Shown here: one piece after another, positions 44,227 through 53,471 of the stretch
How positions within the stretch are numbered: the stretch's first letter is position 1
Layout of the letters: each line of letters starts with the position of its first letter
From: Candidatus Nomurabacteria bacterium
Lineage (GTDB): Bacteria > Patescibacteriota > Saccharimonadia > Saccharimonadales > CAIOMD01
Direction of reading: 5' to 3'
Assembly: GCA_020631975.1 (NCBI GenBank)
Contig: JACKGO010000001.1
Location: forward strand, 3,409 to 67,408
Length of the DNA: 64,000 nucleotides
Program-made: the position numbers and the translations under genes
Notes under the pieces: model-generated
What the model was told of the DNA's origin: nothing
What the model saw: the letters and a program-made list of their open reading frames with translations, nothing else
Database searches by the model: none

Positions 44227-45474
44227 ATGACAGAAACATTAACTGCACCAGAAATACTTATAGACTCCCGAAAAGATGCGATCCCTGACTATGAAGAAAT
44301 TGAGCAAGGCATCAAAAGACGTGTCCTTGACTATTTGCACAATCATAGAGAGGAAATATCTATCCAAACAGTAGAATATGGCGAAGATTATGACGTATTA
44401 TTGCCTCTTATAGAACAAGATGCGCCATGGAGTGTTGAACAAATACTTGAGAAATACTCAAAAAGACTGGCAAAAACTAAATCACATACATGGTGGGCAA
44501 AGACTCTTAATATAATAAGAGACAAGCTTCCAGATCCTAGCGCAACCGATGCTCTGCAGATGACCGCTGTTCACCATTTAACTCTAGAAGAAGACAATCA
44601 AGTACAGGGCGACTTCGAGATATACGATATAGGAAACGAAGAAATAGACGAAGATACACTAAAGACTGTATATGCTACGTTACAACTTATAGATCAATTT
44701 GCAGGTGGCTTAATTTCTAAAGATCCTAGGTTCAAAAGGGTAATACTGGTAACTGGCCTAGACATAGGGTCGGGTCTAGGAAGAAGACACGACGAGAATT
44801 CTCAAATTCTGGGCTATTTTAACAGAACAGATGAAGTTGTTATCAATATTAGCGGCATTAAAGTAAAAGCCCTAAATGCCGCAGTGTCGTATAATGAAAC
44901 ACTTTCAGCTGTACTCGTGCATGAAGTACTAGGACACGCCTTAGAAAAACTGATATTCAATAATAATGAATCATTTAATGAGCACTTTGACTACTCTGAA
45001 GAACGTATTACGGGCGAGATATATACCTCAATACACCAAGACATAAGCCCTATAGAAGAAACGCTTACTGAAACTACACAACCGGTACGTGAATATGGTT
45101 GGATGAATCCCGCTGAAGACTTAGCTACTACCGTAGATGGATTAGTAACAAGAGTGATGGGCTGGGACTTAGAAAAAATTAAAAATTTTAAAAGTAATCC
45201 TGATAGATATAGAGAAGAGATAATCATGCGTATGATGGATATGGCTGCCGCTAAGGCAAGAGAAATGGGAGCCTCTGGGGTTGTGGGGAGCCGCATTACA
45301 TTCATACTAGATGAGCATGGCAATACAAAAGTAAGACCTGCGCAACAACCACACGTTACAACCGTAACGGGCGAAGAATATATCAAAAAGACAATAGACG
45401 ATGCATATAAAGAAATAATCGAAACTATTCCACGTACTATACGCGTATACTTAGCGCCTGAAATGGTTATGTAA
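44227..45474 (+). CDS. Hypothetical protein (415 aa)
   Basis: This long ORF contains HEVLGH, which is HExxxH and not a canonical HExxH. Confidence 0.6.
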   Translation: MTETLTAPEILIDSRKDAIPDYEEIEQGIKRRVLDYLHNHREEISIQTVEYGEDYDVLLPLIEQDAPWSVEQILEKYSKRLAKTKSHTWWAKTLNIIRDKLPDPSATDALQMTAVHHLTLEEDNQVQGDFEIYDIGNEEIDEDTLKTVYATLQLIDQFAGGLISKDPRFKRVILVTGLDIGSGLGRRHDENSQILGYFNRTDEVVINISGIKVKALNAAVSYNETLSAVLVHEVLGHALEKLIFNNNESFNEHFDYSEERITGEIYTSIHQDISPIEETLTETTQPVREYGWMNPAEDLATTVDGLVTRVMGWDLEKIKNFKSNPDRYREEIIMRMMDMAAAKAREMGASGVVGSRITFILDEHGNTKVRPAQQPHVTTVTGEEYIKKTIDDAYKEIIETIPRTIRVYLAPEMVM

Positions 45475-45569
45475 AAACAAAAGAGTTTATTTAGATCTCT
45501 ACATTTTTATATTATACACACCCATAACAACAGCCTATTGGTACAGTACTTCTGGTATAATTGCTAGAC

Positions 45570-47273
45570 ATGAGAGTAACAGAACTATTTACCAAGACAA
45601 GCAAAACAGTACCAGCGGACGAGACAGCGAGAAACGCACAACTTCTTATACAAGCCGGTTTTATTCATAAAGAAATGGCAGGAGCCTACGCCTATTTGCC
45701 ACTTGGCTTGCGTGTGATAGAAAACATCAAAACCATTGTGCGTGAAGAAATGAACGCCACAGGGAGCCAAGAATTATTAATGACGGTTCTGCAACCCAAA
45801 GAAATTTGGGAAAAAACCAATCGCTGGGACGATGCAGTGGTAGATAACTGGTTTAAAACAACGTTACTTAACGGCACAGAGCTGGGGGTAGGCTTAACCC
45901 ACGAAGAACCAATCGTAGATGCGGCCAAGGGTTCAATTTCTTCTTATAAAGATTTGCCTAAAAGTGTCTACCAAATAGGTACAAAGTTCCGTAATGAAAA
46001 ACGAGCGAAATCGGGCCTATTAAGAGGCCGAGAATTTATTATGAAAGACGCCTATACATTTGCCAAAGATCAAACCCAGCATGAAGAAATCTATGAAAAA
46101 ATTGCGGCTGCTTACCACAAAGTATATGAACGCTTAGGTCTAGGCGATAGCACATACCGCGTAAAGGCAGATGGTGGGATTTTTACAAAAAGATATAGCG
46201 ACGAATTTCAGACGGCAAGCCCTTTGGGCGAAGATACGATATTTACAGTGCCAGACACTGATATATTTTTTAATGCAGAAATAGCGCCGTCTCAGGCACC
46301 ACAAGGTGCGCAACCGACCGATACATTACCAATGGAGCATCTAAAAACTCCAGGTGTAACAGGCGTGCAGCAACTATCAGAAGTCTTAGGCGTACCCGTA
46401 GAGAGAACAGTCAAAACAATGCTCTATATTGTAGACGGGGTACTTACTGCCGTGGCAGTACGGGGAGATTACGATGTAAACGAAATCAAGCTAAGGACAG
46501 CGCTTGGTGCTACGAAGGTGGCTTTAGCAGATGAGGCAACGATTAAAGAAACCACTGGTGCAGCCGTAGGCTACGCCGGATTAATTGGTTTGCCAAACGA
46601 TGTTCAGATTATCGTGGATGATTCGCTAAAAACACTCGTTAACTTTGAGCTTGGTGCAAATAAAACAGACTATCACTGCATTAACGTAAACTGGGGCAGA
46701 GATTTGCCACTGCCAGAAAAGCTGTACGACGTTAAAATGGCCAAAACTGGTGATATTCATCCAGAAACTGGCAAAGTATACACGACCTTTAAAGGTGTAG
46801 AAGTGGGCAATATATTCCCCTTAGAAACAAAATTTACAGATGCACTAGATTTATACTATTCAGACGAAAACGGTGAACGAAAACAGATTATTATGGGAAG
46901 TTATGGCATAGGGGTTAGCCGATTAATGGGGGTTATAGCAGAGCATTTTGCCGATGACAAAGGGTTAGTTTGGCCAGAAAACATCGCACCGTTTTTAGTG
47001 TATCTTGTACAAATAGGTACAGACGAAGCTGTAGCGCAAGCAGCTAAAAACTTATACACAGAACTGGCTGCCAAGGGTATAGAAGTCCTGTGGGACGATA
47101 GGGATGCTCGCCCAGGTGAAAAATTTGCCGATGCCGATTTATATGGCATACCGTACCGCATTGTGGTAAGTAATAAGACACTACAGAGCAACCAATACGA
47201 AGTAAAAAAACGTTCTGAAAAAGATTCAGAAATGATATCAAAAGAAAAACTTGTCAATATGTTTACAACCTAG
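45570..47273 (+). CDS. proS: Prolyl-tRNA synthetase (bacterial type)
   Basis: It has the class II motifs (LLRGREFIMKDAYTF) and a C-terminal anticodon-binding region. The start is set to ATG 45570 because TTG 45561 overlaps the -10 box TGGTATAAT (45553-45561). Confidence 0.95.
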   Translation: MRVTELFTKTSKTVPADETARNAQLLIQAGFIHKEMAGAYAYLPLGLRVIENIKTIVREEMNATGSQELLMTVLQPKEIWEKTNRWDDAVVDNWFKTTLLNGTELGVGLTHEEPIVDAAKGSISSYKDLPKSVYQIGTKFRNEKRAKSGLLRGREFIMKDAYTFAKDQTQHEEIYEKIAAAYHKVYERLGLGDSTYRVKADGGIFTKRYSDEFQTASPLGEDTIFTVPDTDIFFNAEIAPSQAPQGAQPTDTLPMEHLKTPGVTGVQQLSEVLGVPVERTVKTMLYIVDGVLTAVAVRGDYDVNEIKLRTALGATKVALADEATIKETTGAAVGYAGLIGLPNDVQIIVDDSLKTLVNFELGANKTDYHCINVNWGRDLPLPEKLYDVKMAKTGDIHPETGKVYTTFKGVEVGNIFPLETKFTDALDLYYSDENGERKQIIMGSYGIGVSRLMGVIAEHFADDKGLVWPENIAPFLVYLVQIGTDEAVAQAAKNLYTELAAKGIEVLWDDRDARPGEKFADADLYGIPYRIVVSNKTLQSNQYEVKKRSEKDSEMISKEKLVNMFTT

Positions 47274-47357
47274 TACCATATGCTATACTACTACGGCTGC
47301 AGACAGGTGTGAAAAAGGAGCAACGCAGCTCATTTAACGGAAAAATAAGAGGGTAGA

Positions 47358-47819
47358 ATGAATAAAGCATTCAAATTAACGCAGTCAGGAATAGACGAAC
47401 TACAGGCAGAACTAGATGATTTAATTGCCCAACGCCCAGAAATTACTGAACGCATAAAAACAGCGAGAGAAATGGGTGATTTAAGTGAAAATGCAGAATA
47501 CGCCAGTGCCCGCAGTGAACAAGATCGTTGCGAGCTACGTATTAAAGAAATTGAACACATTATTAAAAATGCCGAAATTATTAAGCAGCCAAAATCTGCT
47601 AACAAAGTACACCTTGGCAGCAAAGTTGTCCTAAAAAGCGACGGTGGCAAAACGCAGCAGTATCAAATTGTGGGTACGGTAGAAGCTAACCCGCTAGAAG
47701 GTAAAATTAGTGATGAATCACCAATTGGGCTTGCCTTAATGAACAAGACTGTCGGTGATAGCGTAGAAATTGTAACTCCTGCCCAGACAACCCTTTATAA
47801 AGTAACTGACATTTCCTAA
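47358..47819 (+). CDS. greA: Transcription elongation factor GreA
   Basis: It has an N-terminal coiled coil (REMGDLSENAEYASAR) and a C-terminal FKBP-like domain. Confidence 0.95.
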   Translation: MNKAFKLTQSGIDELQAELDDLIAQRPEITERIKTAREMGDLSENAEYASARSEQDRCELRIKEIEHIIKNAEIIKQPKSANKVHLGSKVVLKSDGGKTQQYQIVGTVEANPLEGKISDESPIGLALMNKTVGDSVEIVTPAQTTLYKVTDIS

Positions 47820-47826
47820 ACACATA

Positions 47827-47985
47827 ATGCAGAGAAAAACCTCCTTAAAACTGCTATTCATAGGGGTAGGGCTGGCAGTTTTAGGTGCATTCTTAGCGCT
47901 TGTTGCGTCGCTCACGCTTGTGGGCTTTATAACTACTGCTATAGGCGTAGCACTCATATCATTAGTCGCATTTCGTATAGTGTAG
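47827..47985 (+). CDS. Small two-helix membrane protein (52 aa; below the ORF-track cutoff)
   Basis: It reads MQRKTSLKLLFIGVGLAVLGAFLALVASLTLVGFITTAIGVALISLVAFRIV and starts 8 nt after the greA stop. The antisense 91-aa ORF in the track looks spurious. Confidence 0.4.
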   Translation: MQRKTSLKLLFIGVGLAVLGAFLALVASLTLVGFITTAIGVALISLVAFRIV

Positions 47986-48052
47986 GTTAAGCTATTTTTC
48001 AATAGATGCACCTAAAAGGCAAAATGCTCATTTTGCTGTATACTAATTTACA

Positions 48053-49564
48053 ATGGCTACACTAAAAGAACTGCGCGACGAACGCCTGCGCAAACTAGAC
48101 GATTTACATACACTTGGCGTTAATCCATATCCAGCGTCTTCGTATCGTACCCACATTGCTACCGATGTGACCAATAGATACGAAGAAACAAAAGGTCAAA
48201 CGGTAACCCTTGCAGGGCGAATTACAAGTATTAGAAAGTTTGGAAAGATTGCATTTATCGTCATCAAAGACAACTCTGGCGAGGCCCAGCTTTTCTTAAA
48301 AGCTGGTAGCGTGCAACCGCTTGACGCAGCCAATAGTTATTTGGGGCTCGATAATATTAGTCTGCTAGATAGTGGTGATTTTATAGAGGCTGCTGGTACT
48401 GTTATTAAGACACAAACAGGCGAGCCTTCAGTAGAGGTTGCAAAATTACGCTTGCTTACCAAGAGTTTACGGCCCATGCCAACCAAGCAAGACGGCTTTA
48501 CCAATAAAGAAGAGCGCCTGCGCCGACGTTATATAGACATTAATGTGAATGACGCTGTAAAGGCGCGGTTTATTCGTCGTAGTACATTTTGGCAGGCAAC
48601 CAGAGATTATTTGAATGAACACGGCTTTATAGAAATTAATACGCCAGTACTAGAACATACGACAGGTGGCGCTGATGCTACGCCTTTTGTGACACACATG
48701 AATGCGCTTGACCAAGATTTTTACTTGCGTATCAGCCATGAACTACCACTAAAGCGGCTCATTGGTGCTGGGTACGAAAAGGTATATGATATTGGCCCAC
48801 GGTTTCGGAACGAAAATTACAGCGATGAGCATTTGCCAGAACATATCGCGATGGAATGGTATTGGGCGTACGCCGATTGGCGTGATGGTATGCAATTTAT
48901 GACAGACATGTATCGGTATGTCGCTAAGCAAACATTTGGCCGACTGCAGTTTACCATAGGTTCTATGCAAGTAGACTTGGCACAAGAGTGGGAAGAGTGG
49001 GATTATGCTACGGTTATTCAAGAACACTATGACTTAAACGTGTTTGATTGCACCCTAGACCAAGTGAAGGCAGCGCTTTCAGCTCACAAACTAGAAGTAG
49101 AAAAGACCGAAAATATCGCCCGAGGCATAGATAAGCTATGGAAGAATATTCGCAAAGACGTAGTTGGGCCGGTGTGGCTCGTAAATACGCCAACGTTTAT
49201 TAGTCCGCTTAGTAAGAGCAATCCAAATAACCCTAACACCGTACAGCGCTTTCAGCCTATTATCGCTGGTAGTGAACTTGGTAATGGGTTTAGTGAGCTC
49301 AATGACCCACAAGACCAGTTGCAGCGGTTTTTAGAACAGCAAAAAATGCGTGATGCAGGTGACGAAGAAGCGATGATGCTTGATATCGATTACATTGAAA
49401 TGCTCGAATATGGCATGCCACCAGCATGTGGCTGGGGATGGGCAGAGCGTGTTTTTTGGGTTCTAGAAGGTGTAAGTGCGCGTGAAGGTGTGCCGTTTCC
49501 ACATTTGCGCCACGAAATAGACGACGTTACAAAAACCATCTATCCTGACATTAATCTTACATAA
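48053..49564 (+). CDS. lysS: Lysyl-tRNA synthetase, class II
   Basis: It has an OB-fold N-terminus and a class II core (TGGADATPFVTHMNALDQDFYLRISHELPLKRL; FRNE). Confidence 0.95.
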   Translation: MATLKELRDERLRKLDDLHTLGVNPYPASSYRTHIATDVTNRYEETKGQTVTLAGRITSIRKFGKIAFIVIKDNSGEAQLFLKAGSVQPLDAANSYLGLDNISLLDSGDFIEAAGTVIKTQTGEPSVEVAKLRLLTKSLRPMPTKQDGFTNKEERLRRRYIDINVNDAVKARFIRRSTFWQATRDYLNEHGFIEINTPVLEHTTGGADATPFVTHMNALDQDFYLRISHELPLKRLIGAGYEKVYDIGPRFRNENYSDEHLPEHIAMEWYWAYADWRDGMQFMTDMYRYVAKQTFGRLQFTIGSMQVDLAQEWEEWDYATVIQEHYDLNVFDCTLDQVKAALSAHKLEVEKTENIARGIDKLWKNIRKDVVGPVWLVNTPTFISPLSKSNPNNPNTVQRFQPIIAGSELGNGFSELNDPQDQLQRFLEQQKMRDAGDEEAMMLDIDYIEMLEYGMPPACGWGWAERVFWVLEGVSAREGVPFPHLRHEIDDVTKTIYPDINLT

Positions 49565-49582
49565 AAAAGGAGCCGACCGTAC

Positions 49583-51022
49583 GTGAAGCACAAGCAATGC
49601 ATCGTCATAGGCGCTGGTGTGGCAGGGCTTAGCAGTGCGGCTTTGCTTGCCAGTAAAGGCTACGATGTTATGGTTATCGAGCAAAGTAGCACCTACGGTG
49701 GTAAAGTGGGCGAACGTATGGTAGGGCACGCCTATTTTGACAGTGGTCCAAGTGTTTGCACCGACACACGTGTCATAGATTTGGTATACACAAAGTGTGG
49801 TAAAAACCCTAGAGATTATTGGCAGTACCAAAAATTGTTAGAAAACACAGCTTATTTTTGGCCTTCAGACGACACGCGCTATACGATGCCCATAGGCACG
49901 GCACGTATAGAAAGGTCAATTGTGCACACTTTTCATGAGCGGCCCAAAAAAGTACGGGCCTATTCAAAGCGTACCCAAGCGTTATATGCACTAACGGCAC
50001 GCTATTATATAGACAGAAGGATTGCGCTGAAAACATTATTTCATCCAAAGGCATTTGTTGGTGCTATGAAATTACTGCCACTGCTTTTCAGTACGGTTAA
50101 TACTCGCAATAGCCGTTATTTTTCTAACCCCAAGACAGTACAACTCTTTAACCGCTACGCTACGTACAGTGGTAGTAACCCATATAAAGCCCCAGCTGTA
50201 TTGCAATTTGCCGCCATACCAGAACTAACCCAGGGTGTTTATTTTCCTGATGGAGGTATGCGGTCTATTGCGACAGGGCTATACAAACTCTGCGAAGATG
50301 TGGGGGTGAAGTTTTTGTTTAATAAAAAAATTACGTCTTTGCAGCAGAGCAATAATTTCGTAACGTCTGTTCGTGTTAATAAGCAACAATTTTTATGTGA
50401 CACCTTACTATATAGTGGTGATGTTGTGCGCCTGTATGAACTACTTGGTGATACAACGCATAAACACAAGATTGCCCAAACTGAGCGTTCTACCTCTGCG
50501 ATTGTTTTTTACTGGGAAGTACGCGGTACTTTTAAGCAATTTGGTTTACACAACGTTATTTTTAGCGATGATTACCAAAAAGAATATGCCCAATTGCAAC
50601 GTGGCGAAATACCACAAGATCCAACGATATACTTGAATATCACCAGCAAAGTCGACCGCTCACATGCTGCAAAAGGTACCGAAAACTGGTTTGTCATGGT
50701 TAATGTACCCGCAGGTACAAAAGACGTTGCCATACTCGCTCTTAAGGATGTCGTTAAAGCCAAACTAGAAACGATGTTGGGCGGTTACATCACGATTTTA
50801 CATGAACATACCATGAGCCCTACAGATATTGCTACGAGCACGGGTGCATGGCAAGGGGCGATTTACGGCCAAGCGAGTAATTCATTACAATCCTTGCTAT
50901 TTAGGCCTAAAAATCATGCCAAAACACCGTACAATATATATAGGGTAGGTGGTACTGTGCATCCAGGTGGTGGAATACCTTTGGCGGTACGATCCGCCCT
51001 CATAACAACGGATATGCTATGA
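49583..51022 (+). CDS. Phytoene-desaturase-family FAD oxidoreductase (CrtI/CrtD/CrtN-like)
   Basis: It has the Rossmann motif IVIGAGVAGLSSAALLASKGYDVMVIEQSSTYGGK. The mid-region is FNRYATYSGSNPYKAPAVL...GVYFPDGGM and the C-terminus is GGTVHPGGGIPLAVRSA. It has a GTG start. Confidence 0.8.
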   Translation: MKHKQCIVIGAGVAGLSSAALLASKGYDVMVIEQSSTYGGKVGERMVGHAYFDSGPSVCTDTRVIDLVYTKCGKNPRDYWQYQKLLENTAYFWPSDDTRYTMPIGTARIERSIVHTFHERPKKVRAYSKRTQALYALTARYYIDRRIALKTLFHPKAFVGAMKLLPLLFSTVNTRNSRYFSNPKTVQLFNRYATYSGSNPYKAPAVLQFAAIPELTQGVYFPDGGMRSIATGLYKLCEDVGVKFLFNKKITSLQQSNNFVTSVRVNKQQFLCDTLLYSGDVVRLYELLGDTTHKHKIAQTERSTSAIVFYWEVRGTFKQFGLHNVIFSDDYQKEYAQLQRGEIPQDPTIYLNITSKVDRSHAAKGTENWFVMVNVPAGTKDVAILALKDVVKAKLETMLGGYITILHEHTMSPTDIATSTGAWQGAIYGQASNSLQSLLFRPKNHAKTPYNIYRVGGTVHPGGGIPLAVRSALITTDML

Positions 51023-51672
51023 AGCAATTTAGTATACATATGTGGAAACATCATCAAGAGCTTGTCGTACTGGCAATTACCAGCTTTTTTTTGCTGGCCG
51101 GTGTTGTGCAGTACGCGATAGGCCTCACATACGTCTTGCGCCTGACGCCTGTTGTGATAGGTATTATTGCAGCACTCGTCATGCTGTATTGGCATGCACC
51201 ACCACGGCGAAAAGCTAGCCTTATTATGGTAGCTTTTTTAGTAGGCTTTATCGCAGAAATAGTGGGGGTAAACACTGGACTTTTATTCGGTGATTATACG
51301 TACGGGAGCGTGATGGGGTTAAAAATCGCGGGAGTCCCCATACTCATAGGTATTACTTGGGCCTTAGTGACCATTGCTGCGTGGCAAATAGTAAGTATGA
51401 GCCCGTATAGCAGGGGAGCAAAGATATTTTTAGCAGCCTGTTTAGTAGTAATATTTGATTTAATCTTAGAACAGTATGCAACCGCGTTTGGTCTGTGGCA
51501 ATGGGGTGGTGGCATCATACCACTTAAGAATTATATTTCTTGGTTTATCGTCGCAGCTGCAATTACGACAAGTTATAGCCTTGTAGCCAAACAATCGAAG
51601 CCAAATATATATGGAGCCTGCGTGCTGCCGGTGCTGGCACTTTATTTTTGGTTGATGTTACTTGTACGGTAG
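51019..51672 (+). CDS. Carotenoid-biosynthesis membrane protein (DUF422/CruF-like)
   Basis: This polytopic 217-aa protein has an ATGA start/stop overlap with the upstream desaturase. The family call is from overall resemblance and context, and it is moderate. Confidence 0.55.
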   Translation: MKQFSIHMWKHHQELVVLAITSFFLLAGVVQYAIGLTYVLRLTPVVIGIIAALVMLYWHAPPRRKASLIMVAFLVGFIAEIVGVNTGLLFGDYTYGSVMGLKIAGVPILIGITWALVTIAAWQIVSMSPYSRGAKIFLAACLVVIFDLILEQYATAFGLWQWGGGIIPLKNYISWFIVAAAITTSYSLVAKQSKPNIYGACVLPVLALYFWLMLLVR

Positions 51673-51808
51673 TAAAAAATATTACAGCGTATCATCAGCT
51701 AGGCGCGCTACAGTACGTGTAGGTTATTGACAATAATACTTAACTTAGTTAAACTAAGTATTAAGTTCTGACCTACAATGTAACATAATTTGCAAAAGGG
51801 GGGTACGA

Positions 51809-51991
51809 ATGAAAAGAACAATGAAAAAACGAATGAATGACAAGTACGATAGGCTCAGCGAAGATTTGCGTGAGTTGCAACGGCTTATGACCAAGCAGAG
51901 TGTGTATGCTAACGCAAAAGTACGCTCGTATAATCAAAGACGTCCAAAGCACGTGAAGCGATACTTCGAATTTCAAGACATGTATAGCTAA
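51809..51991 (+). CDS. Small basic protein (60 aa)
   Basis: It has a strong SD (aaaagggggg, 7 nt upstream), its own promoter region and a clean terminator at 52019-52053. Confidence 0.55.
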   Translation: MKRTMKKRMNDKYDRLSEDLRELQRLMTKQSVYANAKVRSYNQRRPKHVKRYFEFQDMYS

Positions 51992-52018
51992 GGATAACGT
52001 ATAGGTTTTAGACAAGTT

Positions 52019-52053
52019 GAGTCACCAAGTTAAACAGTTGGTGACTCTTTTTT
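52019..52053 (+). terminator. Rho-independent terminator
   Basis: The hairpin is gagtcaccaa / gttaaacag / ttggtgactc followed by tttttt. Confidence 0.8.
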
Positions 52054-52079
52054 GTAGGTTTGGCTGTACAATAGGTAAC

Positions 52080-52787
52080 ATGAAGCTACATAGATTTTAT
52101 ATTCACGAAATGCACAATAGATTTGGCCCAATAGCACTTGGCCACGAGGTATGGATACATGACACAACATTACTACATCAGTGGCTTACTGTACTGCGCT
52201 TTCGGGTTGGTGATCAGCTTGTACTGTTTAACGATACAGAAGAGCGTTTATATACAATTGCCACAATACAAGGTACCGATTCTGTTAAACTAGAGCTTCT
52301 TACAGATATAGAACGTTGTGTAGCGACCCGTGAAGTATACTTAGTGTGGTCACTACTTAAAAAAGATAAAAATGATTGGGTATTGCAAAAAGCCACAGAG
52401 CTCGGTGTGCATAAATTTATACCAATGATTGCCCAAAGAAGTGAAAAAACAGAGCTTAATATAGAACGAGCCAAACGAATTATCATCGAAGCAGCCGAAC
52501 AATGTGGCAGAGCAGACATTCCAGAGTTGAGAGAACCAATTAGCCTACACGAAGCATTAGAAGAGTATAAAGACTTGCCGCTATGTATTGCTGAACAGCA
52601 CGATGATCAAAACAACATACCGACAGATACAAAAAAAGTAGGCATCTTGATAGGGCCCGAGGGTGGCTGGTCAGATGAAGAAAAGATCTATTTTAAAGAA
52701 TTAGCCTTACCCCATGTGTCGTTATCTCGTTTTACTTTGCGGGCAGAAACAGCTGCAATCACTGCCGTAAGCAGACTACTGAGCTAG
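52080..52787 (+). CDS. rsmE: 16S rRNA (uracil1498-N3)-methyltransferase RsmE
   Basis: It has the MKLHRFYI N-terminus and the SPOUT C-terminal motif ILIGPEGGWSDEE. The start is trimmed to ATG 52080, downstream of the terminator. Confidence 0.9.
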   Translation: MKLHRFYIHEMHNRFGPIALGHEVWIHDTTLLHQWLTVLRFRVGDQLVLFNDTEERLYTIATIQGTDSVKLELLTDIERCVATREVYLVWSLLKKDKNDWVLQKATELGVHKFIPMIAQRSEKTELNIERAKRIIIEAAEQCGRADIPELREPISLHEALEEYKDLPLCIAEQHDDQNNIPTDTKKVGILIGPEGGWSDEEKIYFKELALPHVSLSRFTLRAETAAITAVSRLLS

Positions 52788-52879
52788 TTGCCAAAAAATA
52801 TACTTGATTTTGTAATACGTTAGGCGTATACCATATATATCTTATGTTTAATGAGTATAAATAAGGTACACATACGCAA

Positions 52880-53446
52880 ATGTCATTTATTGATCATTTT
52901 CGTCACCCCATAAATAGTGATGAAATCCGGTTTATAACAGAAGAGCAGCAGCGCTTAGAGCAAGCCCACGTTGCTTTATTTACTGAAGCGCAACACCTAA
53001 GAGATATATGTGACTACATGCTTGCAGGCCGTTGTAATGCTCTGGTTCCTACTTATGATAGATTCGCAGAATATAACAATAATGCACCCGATTTCAGTGA
53101 AGAAAAATATCGCATCACGTGTTTTCGGCCAAACGATTCTTTGCGTCTCGTACAAAGCAAGGGGGGCAGGTATGTAGACTGTGTGATATCTGATTGCCAG
53201 GTAAGCATTACTCATGAAGAACGAGCCGCAAATGGTGAGCACAAAATTTCTTCGCAATTTACAGCGTGCAAACCTGCACCACATAGCCACAGTACTTTAG
53301 AACTAGCAGCGCTTTCTGAAGAGCTGCTCGCGCTACAAGAGAATTTGCTTATAGCCGCTGGATACAGAGAGCTGACAATGAACCCGAATGCTCGTGAACG
53401 ATTAGCAAAGACGGCTGTCGAACACGTAGTGTCTAGCACGTTTTAG
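52880..53446 (+). CDS. Hypothetical protein (188 aa)
   Basis: It is an ORF only. Confidence 0.5.
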   Translation: MSFIDHFRHPINSDEIRFITEEQQRLEQAHVALFTEAQHLRDICDYMLAGRCNALVPTYDRFAEYNNNAPDFSEEKYRITCFRPNDSLRLVQSKGGRYVDCVISDCQVSITHEERAANGEHKISSQFTACKPAPHSHSTLELAALSEELLALQENLLIAAGYRELTMNPNARERLAKTAVEHVVSSTF

Positions 53447-53471
53447 CCTGCTGTCTGTTACAATTGGTTGA

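Noticed and set aside
44227-45474. The 415-aa protein as a zinc metalloprotease.
   Set aside because: The motif is HEVLGH (HExxxH), not HExxH, so the call is not supported by sequence alone.
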